This document shows, in pieces, positions 42,001 through 57,000 of a stretch of DNA of 64,000 nucleotides (position 1 is the first letter of the stretch; each line of letters opens with the position of its first letter). Made by a program: the position numbers and the translations under genes. Under the pieces are notes generated by a model, which worked only from the letters and a program-made list of their open reading frames with translations, was not told the origin of the DNA and searched no databases. The stretch is taken from assembly GCA_051294375.1 (NCBI GenBank), contig CM119266.1:20161657-20225656 (forward strand), in the 5' to 3' direction. This stretch comes from Paraspadella gotoi. Taxonomy: Eukaryota; Animalia; Chaetognatha.

Positions 42001-45000
42001 ACAGGTGGACCTTTAGCGGCAATGCAGCAGCAATTTGCAGGTTGGACTTTAAAAAATGTTAAGTTCTCTGAGTCAAACTTTAACTCGGTAAACTTAAAAG
42101 GAAGAACATGTTCAGATGGAAAGAAGTTTAAAAAGTAAAATTTTATTTGTAATTATTACAACCAATATAAAAATTGTCCATAAGCTGAAGTCATAATGTA
42201 TAATATTTTTCAGCGGTTTTAATTTGATAAAACACCACTATGAAAATTTGCAAATTACTTGTTTCACTATTTTCTATTTTTATATTTTATGAAGGATTTA
42301 GTATTTAATCTATATTATTTAAACAAATATATATTGCTTTCTTTTTTAAAAAAGTTTGATTTATCTAATAATTCAATTTATATAATTTACTTTGATAATT
42401 TTTATTTTTAAATTGTACTAGTATGTAGTGTTGCCCTTAATAGTGTTACTATTCCAAATAGATATCTTCTTGGCAATTATAGCCAAGTAAAAAAAATTTA
42501 AAATGAAAAATTATCCTTTGTATATTTGATGAAATTCATTCAGGTCCAATGGCCACAGGGATAATGGAAGGATCATCCGGTTTGGTATCCAGTCAAGGAG
42601 GGCAACTTATGTTGTCACAGACGAGCGCACCGCCGCCGGAGACGCCACAGTTTGGAGGTAGCGGCGGCAGCGGCAGCGGAGCGGGGACTCCGAGTGGAGG
42701 CGAGGGCCTCGACGAGGAAGGCGGGCTCGATGACTTGCTCGGCAGCATGGGAGGTGATGGAGACTTCAACATCCTCGCTTACACGGACGCCGACTTGGGT
42801 TTAGGAGGAGAAAAGGATATTTTCGACGAACATTTAGGACTTAAGGTCAGTTATTAAATTTTTTTAGCGGGATCTGCAGAGCACGTCGGACTCCATAATT
42901 CTCTTTGTCGGTCTATTGGTCGCCTCCCATAGTTTTTTCATATTAGAACATCAAATTATAAAGGATTATGAAAAAGAGTCTGTTTATATGTATTAATAAG
43001 TATGTAGCCGATAAATCTTTTGATCAATCAATGAATCAAAAATTATATTATTGTTCTTGAGCGGTATTGATGAAAGATTGACAATTAAAAATCAGAGCTC
43101 AAGAAATTGCATTTAAATACGTAGAGATGAATTCTCTATTCGAACCCCCCCCCCATTAGCCTTTTGTCTCTCCAAAAGGCGAGACACCGCGAATGTGGGT
43201 GGGGGTTTCGATAAGAATCATAATTCCATTCAGAATTAAAGATTTGTTGGTTTAAGGGCTAAGTAGTTCAATTAGAAATAGATTTGTTAACACTTGTTAA
43301 CATATAAATGTTTTTTTGCAACCAGTCCCGAAAATCTGCTGAGCTAGATTTTCGTGGGTAGATCCAACATTACGTCAAACTCATTTATTTCTTCAAGTTT
43401 ACGTCGCTGAAGTTTCTTTATTTGCAAATTTATCAGAGCGCGTCGTCGTCATCCGCGGCAGGGAGTCCTAGCGCTTCGAGCACGACTCCAGTTTCTTCCG
43501 TAGCCGCAGGAACATCGACAGGAGGTAATTTTTTCGTCCCTTTTTCCTATGGAAATAATTTAAGCCTGTTAAAAATTCCTTTGAAAGTAGCTTTAGTACC
43601 AAATGACATCCGTGCCTTAAGTTATATAAGATTATTTTGAAATTGTATAGGTAACCTGAAAGACTTCCAGTCGAAGTTCTTGGAATTCAGCAAAAAATCG
43701 TCGGAGGAAGCCACGCCATCGAAGACGAGCGATTCCGGTGGCGACAACGCCAAGAAACTTGAAAAGAATGTCGATAAAATTAAGGGCGTCGGAGGCGGCG
43801 TCGTTCCTCAACTCGATGGCGTCTGCGACGAGGACGACGACGAGGAAATGATGCGTTTAGGGTCGGCAATCTCCATGCTTCGTACCGATTCCGATTCTGC
43901 TGATCACTCGGCCGACGAGGAAGTAGCTGCCGTTTTTGTGCAAGTAAAACGATCTTCTGTTCCGGAAAAGCCTGTTTTTAAACAAAGACAGATCGAAGCA
44001 CCAGCGGCTGTTGTCATTAAAAGCCCTGCTTTGATACAAGTTGACGGTATGGGAGACGAAAAAACGCCCGAAACAGCATCATCTTTACCGAAAGAGGAAG
44101 GAAATTTGGCTGAAAACTCTAGCTCACCTCTCGGACGTCAATTGAACATTGCTCGTCCTGTTGGGGCTTCCGGGACGTCACAGTCACCTCGACAGATGGG
44201 CCCCACAGCTATGGGGATTCATTCAAATATGGTGGCACGGGGCATGACGACACAAATGAACGCGCGAGGTGTAACAACGAACATTCAAGGTGCTGTTGGA
44301 TGTCCTCCTGTCGGCATACCAGGGGCACTTAGTGGAAGAACTGCCCATGCTGGGGTGTCCACCTCCCAAATGCAGCAAGTTGGTGAAGTGTTGAATGATG
44401 ATACACTGCGAAAAGTTGGAACCGAAATACCCTTCACACCCGAAACTCAGCCTCTTGCTCCATCAGCGAAGAGCCACTTTCAAGGAACCTTAGGTGTTTC
44501 CGGTCCTCAACTATTTGCGGGAGCAGGGTCTCAAGCGGGTGTACGGCTGCAGTTGATGCAGCAGCAGATAAGTGGGAATGATGCTGGTTTATTAGGTAAT
44601 GAAAATGTTTTGCATCCGCAAGGAATAGCTCTTCAGCAGATGCAGCAAATGCAGATACCGATGTCAGCAGCTTCTAATATAATGCAAATGCAGCAGCCAC
44701 AGCCAGCCCAAAACTCTAATCCGCAAAGTGGTGGACTGTTGCAAGATCAGCCACTATTACTTGAGGATCTTGTTGCCCAAGAAAAAGCAGAGCAGCAACA
44801 GCAGCAGCAACAACAAGGTGCCACAGTTGGCATTATGGGAATGTCTGGCGGCAGTGAAGGGATTATGAATAATAGTGCCATAGGAGGCGGGTCAATGATG
44901 GCAGCTGGCATTCATGTGGGTCCTCATGGTTTCAATCCTCAAGGTGTTCAGCTTCGTATGAGAATGGCTATGGGAGGAGGACCTCAAAGTTTTATGACAG

Positions 45001-48000
45001 GCCCTGGTCCTCAAATTGGTGAAGCAATGAGCATGAGAGGTCCCCCACCAAGCTATCCTGGTATGCGACCGAGAATGACAATTAATTCTGGAATGGGACC
45101 TGGACCCGGTCCAAGTGGGGAAATTATGAGTAATACCATGCCAGGAGGGCCAAACCTAACTATAGGTGGATCAGTAGCAGCAGGTAGCATGGTAGGGGGT
45201 CCTAGCACGGGGATTGCTGGTCCCAGTCAAGTTGGAATGGGAGCTGGCTCCAGCTTATCTAAGCTAGTGGAAGGTGTACCATCTACTTCGCCGGTGGGAT
45301 CTCAAGGTCCAGGTGCACCGAACATGGCTCCCGGGTCAAGGCCTCCCGTTCCTGCACCCGGAGACGAAAAAGGACGCGCAGAATACGAGCAGTGGCTGCT
45401 TCAGCATGAGAACTTGCTGACCATGCAAGTGAAATACCTTGAGGCGCAGATAACAAAACAAAGGAAAACCAAGAAGGCCCTTAACGCACGCCAGAGACAA
45501 GTTAAAAAAATGGGACAAGAATTACCAGTCCCAGAGGCCCAAGAGTTGGAGAAGGTTTCACAAGAGCAGGCCCTCATCCAGAGGCAGCTAGACACATCAC
45601 GACGTAAACTTCGGCAACATCAGATGACAATCCAAGAATACCGTATGAAACAAGGTCAATTAAATCCCATGATGGGACCTATTGGTCCAAGAGGGCCAAA
45701 TCCTATGATGAATGTACAAACCAGCATGATCGGGCCTGGCTCAATACCCAATATTGTCTCATCTACTGGGATGCTTGCAACATCAGGATCTGATTCCTCC
45801 TTGGGTCCCAGAATGGTAGGGCCTCGACTAGGATCCCCTCATATGGCTGGGCCACAGATAGGAGGTTCTCAATTAGGACAGCGTGGCATGCTCATGCAAA
45901 TGGGTCCTGGAAATGGCATGATGGGACAACCGCAACAGCAGCTTGGAGGCAATAACAATCAAATTGCTGGAATTTCTCCTAATATGGGCGGAAGTGGTCC
46001 TGCGACTCTCAACCGGGGAGGTTGCTCGCCTATTGGGGGCATGAGAGGAGCGTCGCCAGTGAGTGGCGGGGCTCAGGGCCAAGCGGTCGATGTTCAACAA
46101 GCGCCTAGTCCTCTGATGTCTCCCAATTCTGTAGCACAGGGAACCATGTCGCCAAATGGTAATTAAATTGTTTTTAATATTCCACATCTGTTTAAACTCA
46201 AACTTTGCCTCTAACCTAAACTTTGAAACTTGAACAGCATCTGGTCAACCCGGAACGCCGATGTCTTCTCTGCAGTCGCCCTCTTCTTCTGTTCCTTCGC
46301 CAGGAACTTCAATCTCTAATCTTCAGAGATCTCCAACACCGTCACAGTCCGGAGCTAGTCAAGGTCAAGGCAGACCATCTTCAGTGGGTAAATATTGCAA
46401 AATTATTATCTCTTTTTTTGGGGAGCAATCATTATAATTACTATTATTATTTTTGTTACATGTAATTATTTGTTTTTATAAGACATGGGGATTGGGGAAC
46501 TTTTAGAACAATTAGAATTTTCGAAATCAATTATTATTTAGAATTGTAATTACAAAGAAACAGAGTTTTTATTTAGAATTGAAAAACATGAATATTTAAA
46601 TTATTTAATCCATATAATATGACATGATTTACAGGTCCGAGCGCAGGTCAACTGTCACCCTGCCCTTCTGTTGGCCAACAGTCAGCCGAAAGCCCAACTA
46701 GCAATTCCCAACTTTCTCCGGTGCCCCCCAATGGGACATCGGCATCAAATAACAACGCCTCTTCGTTGTTTCAACCGCCCTCTTCGACTTCGACAACGCC
46801 TTTGTCTGGTGCACCGTCTATTCTGTCTATGGCCGGTCCACCGTCAATGGGTCAAATTGGGCCTCGACCGCAAATGTCTATGAAAACGGGGGAATTGTTG
46901 ACTGGTAACTATTTTCTGTTCAATTTCATTTCAGAAAAATAAAAATTTAGCATTAATTCTTATTAAGAGAGTTTACATCTTGCAAGATAACCAATTTTAA
47001 CTATTTACTATTAAGGCTTTTTATTGTCGTCGTCCTCGTGAGACTTTTTCATCTCTGTATGTTTTAAAAAAATGTAATTTTCTGAAGCTGAAAATTTAGT
47101 TATGGCTTATCATCATTATGGTGTTTCAATTTTTTTATTTATTTATTCTATAATGTTGCTCCTCTCCACCNNNNNNNNNNCTTGGAACCATAAATTCATA
47201 CATTTATATTTTAAATATTCATAACCCTATTTATATTTATAAAACAATAATTTTTATGAATTTACGAATAAAATGTCCATAAAACAGCAGTCTCTGAGCT
47301 TCGGATAATGCTCTAGGCGTGTTAATCGCCTCGTCCCAATTAATTGCAAGACGCCCCTTGGTAATCGTTAATATATCATCAATATTTAATAAACCGGTTT
47401 TTTTTAGATTTTTAAAAAAATATTTTTATTAAAAATAGTTTTATTTTGACTCACTCCATTTTAATATCTAACTTTTATCCGAGATTAATGATTTTGGTCT
47501 TGGATCTTGGATTATCATTTTCAACCTTTTTTTTTTCTCAATTTATTCGTAAGGTTATTGTCATAGAGACTTGTAAATCACTATTCTTCAATAAAATTTC
47601 CAATTTTTTTTTTCAGTCCACGGAGGCCTCTCCTCGGGAGGGGCGCGGACATCTATGAGGATGACTGCGGCGCAGAAGGCAGAGTACGACCAATACATGC
47701 AGAACCTGCTGATGAAGAGGGGATTCAATCCGGGTCCAAGCCTCCAGATCAGTCAAGACGACAACAACCCATTTTCAGACGGGTTTCAGACCAAGTTGCA
47801 TCTCGAGCAGCAAGAGAAGATGCGGCAGCAGATGATGGCAGTGGGAAGCGGCGGCGGTCCGTCTAGTGATCAGGGCGCGTCGGTCACGGGCGAAAGTTCG
47901 GCGGTAAGTTGTACTAGGATTAGGTTTAAATATGAATAACCGGGGGGACCGGGGATTTGTCGTGTTGTTTAGCAATCTCAGTCCCGCATGTTATCATTTT

Positions 48001-51000
48001 ACTATTTTTTACCTCTTTATCTTACACACATTTATTCATATGCATATCATGCATATTATTTATTTTAATTCATTCATTCATTTAAATTCAATAAATTTGT
48101 AAATTTATTCATTTCATTCCTTCTGTCTCATATTCCTTTCCTATTCTTTCTCGTTTTCTCTCTCTGTTATTTCATTTTTTATCTCCCTTCTCTTTTTCTT
48201 TATTATTGTCATTTTCTCTCTCAGCTCTACTACGTTTTCTTTTTATCTTCGCAATCGCTTTTGGGCATAAATGGCGTAGGCGTCGACGTCGTTGTTGTTG
48301 TTGTCGTCTTTTTTATAATTAAATTTTGGTATATGAAGCTGAAAATTTATATACAGCTTCTCATCATCGATGTGCTTAAAATTGAGTCTGGACAGTTATT
48401 AAATATGTTTTGTTTACGTTTTATCAAAACAAACAAATTTTTTCTCTTTTATTTTTATATATCTTTCTCTCTCTCTTTTCTCTTTTAATTATGTCTCTCT
48501 CCCTCTCTCTTTTCCCTAATCACTGATATTCATAGGGGAAAAAAACGTGTCTGCAGCTGGCTCTGCAGGGCTTATTCTTTTTCTCTCTTTTCTCCTGCTG
48601 CTTCTGCTGCTGCCTTTTGAGTCTGTAGCTGGCTCTGCAGGGGCTCTCTCTTTTTCTCTCTTTTCCCCTGCTGCTTCTGCTGCTGCCTATTGATTTCTTT
48701 CTTTTTTTTTTCTCTCTCTCTCTGCATTTTTTTTTCTCTGATTAGTTTATTTTTTGACAATAAAATTTTTTTAAATTTTTTTCTTTTTTTTTAAAAAACT
48801 GTAACTTTAATTTTCCTCGGTACTTTATTATTTTTTTTAATTGACAATCGTAAAATAGAATTTTTCTTTCTGTTTATAAATTAATTTTCTTTTCTCAAAT
48901 TTTAATTTTTTTAGTATCAAAATCCAAATTTTTCTTATGCGATTTCGACGATTCTTATGCTTTTAAGATTTTTTTTAAAAAATTATTTATTATCCCTTAA
49001 TTCTCTCTTTCACTCTTTTTCCTTGTTTTATTAATGTTTAGATTTGTGCGTCGAATCATTAATATTTTAATTTTTTTTTATCAATTTAGTTAAGTTTGTT
49101 GTGTATTGTATTTTTGAATATGAAAGTTTGTCATGGGTCTAGATTTTTGCTATGCGAATGCGACGATCCTTATACTTTTAATATTTTTTATTACTTAATT
49201 TGTAGACTAGTCCGACTCCCAACACGCCAACGTCAGCGTCTGCAATCTCACCTTTGAGCGCTGAAGCCAACTCTAATTCATCTACCAGTGTTATACCGTC
49301 TGGATCCTCAGTAAATTTCCCACAAGGTGAAATGAATTATAGATTTTAGCTGGATCTGCCTATCGTAGATTCATGCTCTAACATTCTGTCGGTCCCACCC
49401 CAAAATCTTTTTGCAATTAATATTTCGTTTTTGATCATAATGACCAGTTGACCACAATTATGAGAATGACCACGAACACGATAAAAACCAAAACAACCAT
49501 TAGCGCCACAATGACCACAACCAACATTACTACCACAGCTATATATGAATGAAATATTTTGCTCATTAACTTTAATTTTGTTTTGTCTATAGTGGTAGTT
49601 TTCATTCAATATTTAACTTTGTTTTGTCTTTAGTCTTAGCTTTGTTTGATGCTCATGTATATATAGTCCTGTGCAAAAAAAAGATGACTCTTCCAACTTA
49701 TGTTGTGCTCATTTTACGCACCTATTATAAAAAATTATGAATGATAAATATAGATTCTATATGTATAAATTAAAAGAAAATGAAGAGCTATAGTAGGGTT
49801 AGCCCCAGTCAATGGGGTGAGTCAAAAATTTAGAATGATTACATTTTATTTATATATTTTGAAGTATACTTTCAATGGACAAAACATTTCTTATATGGCT
49901 CGATACCCGAATAATTATTTTTTTAATATTTATTTATAGATAAGAAAGGCTAAAATTTTTTTGAAAATTTTTAAATTTTAGGACCAGATTCAGATAGCTT
50001 ATAAAAAGTTGTCTGTACAAAGTATAATTCTTTTTTAAATATTTTTATGATAAGTAAATTAAAAATAAAAAAAACTGTAAAAAAATCGTCATCATCTTTC
50101 GAAGATCTTATCAGTTGTTTTTTTAATTTCACTTAAAAAACGTAAGAATTTTTAAAAGCTTTATTTCTTGTTTAACTTTTTATGCTCTATCAGAATCTAG
50201 CAAAAAATTATAAGATTTCCAAAAAAAAAATTATAATATGAAAAAAGACAAGTAATATTTAATGTATTAATCAAAACGTATAATGTAAATTAAAAAAAAA
50301 TGATTGCTTAAATATTTAATCAAAACAATTAAAAAAACTTTGTTAATAGTTGAAATTTTATATTATTTCCGGAGTTAGTCCCTAGCTATAGCTCCCAAAA
50401 GACAAGTGGTCAAAAACAGCTACAGCATCTTAAATACAAAAGGTTAAAAATATATATTTTTTTTTGCTTTGATATTCTGTTTAAATACTTAATAGTTGTA
50501 GCCTAGTATTATTAAATCATTAAAAATCACTGCTTCATAACGGATAATTATGTATTACCCAAATTTACACTAATAGCTCCTTTTTCCATAAATATTATTC
50601 ATTTATAATATCTTTTATTTTAAAAGAATCTAACTTGATTTATTTTCATAATGTTTTTGAGAGTCTTCTTTTTTTTGCACAAGACTACTGAATCAACCTT
50701 GTTGAATTCGAAATAAAATGGCCAATTTAAAGAGCGAATATTTTCTCCCGTTTCTTAACGACAGGCATAATGCCACCCTCAAATCGTATGGCATTCAATG
50801 TGGGCTCCGGAGGCCCATTTCGATTCGCACGTCCACCTGGCGATATGATGATGGGTACCCAGGGCCCGTTGATGGGCGGACCGGGCCCCCGCGGTTTCCC
50901 GGGTATAGAGGGTCAGAGGGGACCGCCGCCTTTCGCTTTGTCTGGAAATCCAAGCGGAACTTGTGGCCCGGCTGGAGGCGTCGAAGTCTCATCCGACGGT

Positions 51001-54000
51001 GCGCAAATTGCTAACGACGGAAACGCGACGACTCCTACGCCGGCTGCGCCCTCAACTCAAGAATTTCCGATGCCGCCCAACTTTCCGGGTGCCATCGAAA
51101 TGATGGCGGGACAGGTTATGACTAAAAGCGAGTTTTGTTTATTGTTAAACCTTAAGTCCATAAGTGATAGCCCCCTGTCTTTTTTAGACTGAGGAAAAGC
51201 CGAAGAAGAAACGTAAAGCGCGAAAGAAAAAAGAAAAAGACGCGATATCAGCTGCCTCTGATTTGGGCCCCGCGGGCGACGGATCCCCTGATATGGGACC
51301 CGTCAACGCGATGTTACCCAATCCTGGTCTCCGATCCTCGCTCATGGGTTCGTTCCTTGCTCCGTTATTGGATCAAAACTCCAATTTAACTTCCTCGCAT
51401 GCCCTCTGTCCTTTTGTCTCATGTTGCGTTATTAACATGAAAGTGAGATTTGAAATTTCGGTTCGATTTTCTTAATTTCTAGGCGCGGGTATGGTTCGCG
51501 GAATGATGCAAACCGGACCGCGAGGAGTACATCCAATGGGAATGAACGCCCGCTTCCCGGTGGACGGGAACGTGATGGGACCTCGACTGATGATGATGGG
51601 GCCGCGACACCCGTCCACTTTAGGGGCTCCGGAAAACTCGTCTCCTGATAAGAATAACGACACGGACAAAAAAATGGCGCCAATGCCAACCGGGAAACCG
51701 GCGACGATCACCGCGCTACCGGCACCTGTGAGCGGGGCTGCAGGATCAATGCCATCACCGGCCAAAGCTAACATGACGCCGCCGCAGCGTCTTCTTACTG
51801 CTCTGGTGTCGGGTAAGAAAAGAAGAGAATGTATGAGAGTGGTTAGAGCCTGTTTATTTTTAAAACAAAACAGTATGGCAACAGCCGGGTTGCCTGTGAT
51901 GGGATGGGGCATCTCACTGTTGGCTTTGGGGGCTTCCGACCCTCAGTGACGCATCCTGTCACTGGCGCGGTTACCCTAGGACGGTCTCGCTTTGCCAACG
52001 CAGAGGGAAGTCATTAGGACTGTGGATGGAACACTACGCCTGGGATGGTGTGTTCCCCCTCTGAGCCAATGGATTTGGCTGAACGATGGTGGATGTGAGG
52101 CGGTGTGAATATACCGCCACAACAGACAATTTGTTTTATAAGAAACCCGGGAACGCCCTTTTTTATATCTTGGGTATATGCACTGCATAATATGCAGTCT
52201 TGGTTATATGCAGTCTTACACACTACAGAAGGCTTCATATTATAATATTAGGTACCAGAACACGTTCCGAGAAAACTACTGGACCAAATTAAATGAATTT
52301 AGAATGAACGATCCCTATGTGAATACAAATAGAACTATCGAGGCGAATTTCAATATTTGACCACTGAGCGGAGATATGGGGCCCCGTAGGGGCAAAAAAT
52401 GGTCAAAAATTGTTTTCAAATTTTTTCATTATTTTTGTTTTGTACAGTTGCATAGACGTTTATTCTTCCACAAAAACGTATTTATTACCACAAAAATATT
52501 AGTTAACCTTAATTTTCAGCTTCATGAACATCAGCAGTTCAAGTCAGATTTTGAATACTTTTGGAACTTGGAAGTAAAACGATGAACTATGCATCTTCCA
52601 ACCATTCTTAATTATTGAAAATTTATCAATTTTAGTTCTTAAAACGTTTTTTTTATATGTTTAAAACGTCAATGCACCTAATGCTACTAAAAAATTTTAA
52701 AAGATAAAAAAAAAATTTTAGATTTTTTTTGGCCCCCCAGAGGTCCACCCCCAGGGCCCTGTATCTCATGTCAGGGGTCGAATATCAAAATTCGCCTCGA
52801 TAGTTCCATTTATATTGTCATTAGAACTCTGAATGTAAAATTCTCATATCGATCCGCCTCGCCACGAAATGCCCCAATCTTTTTTTTGTCGAGATCCCTC
52901 TCGTGAGGCAGACCGATATAGAATTAATATTCTATAAAGGAATTAAAAATTTTATGAAATTCGATCGGGCAGTGTGGTGGGAACAGATTCTGGTCACAAA
53001 AAAGGGGTACTATGGCAACGGGAGGAATGCCTGTGATACCCGTAGGGGCTGCGGATCCTCAGTGACCGCCTCCTGTCACTGGCATGTTTAGACCGGCTCC
53101 GGCACATTTAAGCCAGAACCGGGATACCCAGGGATTGAACCCGGGTTGCACTGTTGTAACGAGATGATTTAGCCTGCTCAGCCATTGAGACGAGGCAACA
53201 TTGAGGAAGCTTTAAATCTTGCTGCCACAGTACCTCATTTTATAATATGAAGCCTGTACTCTACGATATTGACTTAAGTCGCCACAGTATTTTATTTGCA
53301 GGATTATTTCACGTTTTTGCAGAGTTTTGACACTATATTTATCTTTGATTTTTATTTTTAGATTCGTCGGATTCTACACCACCGCCTAATTTGTCACAAA
53401 ATTCGAGACAAAACCAATTGTTAAAGCAGCTCCTTCAAACCGGTCCCCAACAAAAGCAGCAGCAACTTAACAGTCAACAGCAGCAATCACCCAAAATTAT
53501 GGGCGCTACCATAACTACATCAACGGCTTCCACTACGACGACAACGATAACCACAGCTTCCCCAACTTTAAGCACCGTTACTTCTCAAACTGGAGAAACC
53601 TCAAAACAATCGATAGATTCGGAAGAAACGGTAATATATTTGTCAGTTTTTTCCAAATAATAAACAGGTGAATAAAGTTAATAATACAAAACAAGTTTGA
53701 GCAGACAATGTCGGATCTGACCACGATTATATAGAAATTTGTCAATGTGGTGGTTATGGTAATTATGATGGTTAGGTAATAATGGTAGTTGTTGTTGTAA
53801 TCTGTGGTGAATCTGGTGATTGTCCTTAAGTGATTATGGTTAATATGGTTAATATGGTTATTATGATTATTAGGGTTATTGTTGTAGTTGTGGCCGTTGA
53901 GATGGTTGTATAATACAGTAGTTGACTGTTTGTGGTTATTATCCTTTTATAGGTGGTTAATACTAGTTATATATTTGATATAATGGTTTAGATGTTTCTT

Positions 54001-57000
54001 TTTTTAATGGTTCAGGAATCGGGATATGTTTTTTGTACGTAGTAATTGTCTTTTGTATTTAAGTTTGTTGTTGTTGTGGTAGTGAGTTGTGCTTGTTAAA
54101 GCAATTATTAATTTTACTGTAGTTAAATTTCAGCTCAAAAACACAATTTCTTAACTACACACAACATTTTATTTTTCAAACAATCCAATTACAAGGCGTA
54201 CAGACATACAGACGGCAGACCACAGACCGACCAAGTGTATTATGGAGCCGGGTCTGAAATTCGACTGAATATTATATTAAATGAACGCTCGTAATAAAAG
54301 TATTAGTGAACAGCAAAATTAATTTCGTTGTAATCTAGTAATTCGTATTGCAAAATGTTCGATTGCCAAGATGCTAACATTCGGAGGAGAGGTCACGTTT
54401 TCGGACTGATTCGTTCTGTCTGACGAGGGTCTTTTGTCCCTGTTGCGTTACCGGTCGATGAACCGTCACTGGATTTAAATAAAAAATTTTTAGGTTAAGG
54501 ACAAAAACTTAGATTTATCCATTTCCATTTCCGACTGTTGCAAAAATAATCGATGTCACTAACATTCAATATAAGATTATTTATTTTGAATTACTTTATT
54601 AGTTAATAAAAAAGTTAATTTTTCCCAATTTTTATTTTACATCGTCTTCTGCTATGATTTTTTTTTCAAGGCTGAAATCTTAATTATCAAATTAAAAAAA
54701 ACAACTCATGTTAATGGTTATGTTCATTAGTTATTATTCCTACTTCATATTTTGGTTTGAGATATATTTACTTGCTACTAAAATACCGTAAAAATAAAAC
54801 TGTCAATTTTTTTTTAAATAAAAACATGCCTTTTTGAAAGTAAAAGTTTGGCTTCTAAAAATTTTTTAAAAAATATATAAAAATATAACTTTGTGGCGAA
54901 TCCTAAATTCGCCTCCCGTAAAGCTTGATGAAACTCAGCTCGTCCCCTTGGCTTGGACAGCTAAGTATTCGTTCACCAACCGTGAGTTCCGGGTTAAATC
55001 CCCTCACGGTCACGCTGGTTAAAGTGTGATGGTGTCCGCATAAACACGCCAGTGACATGGGGTGGTCACTGCAGGTCCAAAGCCCTGAGCGCCAGCAGTC
55101 GGGAGATGCCTCACACCCCGGGCTTCTCACATGTCCCCCGTTTTCCATAACTTGAGGTTTGATTATGAAAAACAATAAAAAAGATGATGGTACAAGTTAT
55201 TCCAAATCAATAAAGTATAATTTTAAGAGTGGTTTAACCTGCGCAGAGGTAACTGAGAGCTACGGGCATTTTAGATGGCACCGAGATGGCAGGGTTTTGT
55301 CCCTCTGCCCAAAGTCTGGTCTTCGGTTCGTAAGCCTTGACGACGTCGACAGCAATGCGAGTGCCGGGTGACAATTCTGTCAAACCGCCACATATGACCA
55401 AATGTCCCTGTTTAAATAGAAGATTAAAGTACTGATTTTAATTTTTGTCAATTGGTTGATTTTATATTTCACTATATATACACAAGTCTCTTTTGTAATG
55501 TCAACCTGAAAATGAGCCAAGCCTGGCGAAACGAGCGTAGTATCAAGCCGCGTTAGTTCTGTGAACGCTTCAGTCTCTACACTAAATTGCAGAAGCATAT
55601 CATTTAACAGCACATAAATAGATGCGTTTAGGGCCTCGGCTCGAATGAAGGCCGCCTTGTGCGGTAATGGGGCGATGGTTTTCAAGTAGTTTCCGTTACA
55701 TCTTTAAGAGGTAAAACAATTTTTAAAAATCTGTTTTTGAGGTCCTAAATTTTAGTTAATTCTTACCTAAATCTTTGAACTGTATCGGTTGGAAAATCAT
55801 TTGCGTCACGCCCGCCAAAAAGGTAAATTTTTTCTTTATAACTTGCATATGCCATTGAGTGAACAGGGGTCTGTAGTTTTCCAACCGGAATCCATCGGTT
55901 TACCTATGTACATAATTTATATTTATGTTTAATTTTATGTCGATCCCTTGTATATTTCTTAAAAAATTGTGGTTTGTCCAACCTGGACAGCGTATTTTTC
56001 AATGGAAGCCATGACTTGACCGTCCGTGATATTGGAATCCTGTGATCCTGGAACAGTTTTCGCTCGACCCCCGAGGGCAAATATGTTTCCGCCGCCAACT
56101 GATAGCGCATGACAGACCCGGCCGTATTTCATTGGAGCGCAAGGCAACCATTGTCTTTGTATATAAAAGTAAGAATTGTAGCAAGACTACTGCTGAATTG
56201 GTTATATTAGTTTTAACGTGAGTAAAGATTTACCGAAAAGTAGTATCCAGCTTCCACACTGTTGTCGGCGTTAGCTCACCACCCGAAATGTATACATTAT
56301 TTTCAAAAACTGTTGCCGCATAGTGATAACCCGGGTTTTCTGGTAGCGGGCTGAGGTATTCCCACTTCGGCGGTTCAGTCAACGAATCGTGCGAACCAAA
56401 CATGGACGAACCTTTCAAAGTAATTTGAAAGTTTGTAAGCTTGTTTATTTGATTTAAAAATGTAATTTACCATAAGAATCGTTGTAGGCGATGACGTTCA
56501 AGTTTGGGTCGGGTGTGTTTCCAACTCCAGGAAGACATATTATGCTTTCTTGAATTCCTTGAAAATGAGAGTTATTGTTGAGTTGATAATATTTTTATGA
56601 ATAAATTTTAAAGTTACCCGTGGATGCTCGTGGGATTATCCATTCAGAATTCATTTGACCGTGCTGTTTCCCAGAATGTAGATAATCCAAGGCTCTTTTC
56701 AAATAACTCCGACATTCTTTGTTATTATCGAGATTTTTATCATTCATCAATCCAAGAAGTGTTTGCGGTTGCATTTGGGAAAATCTTACCAGTGCCATTA
56801 TCCTATATAAATTATTGTAAAAGAAGTTTATCTTGTGAAAGTTTAGCTAATTAGCTTGTCGCATAGACTAATAATAGCTTAACAAAATAATTTAATTTCT
56901 ATCAAAAATAATCATAACTGTTGGTCGCAGATAAATATAGATGTTTACCAAATTTTTTTACGGCATAATCAAAGTGACTTGGTGCCCATATCTAGAAAAT

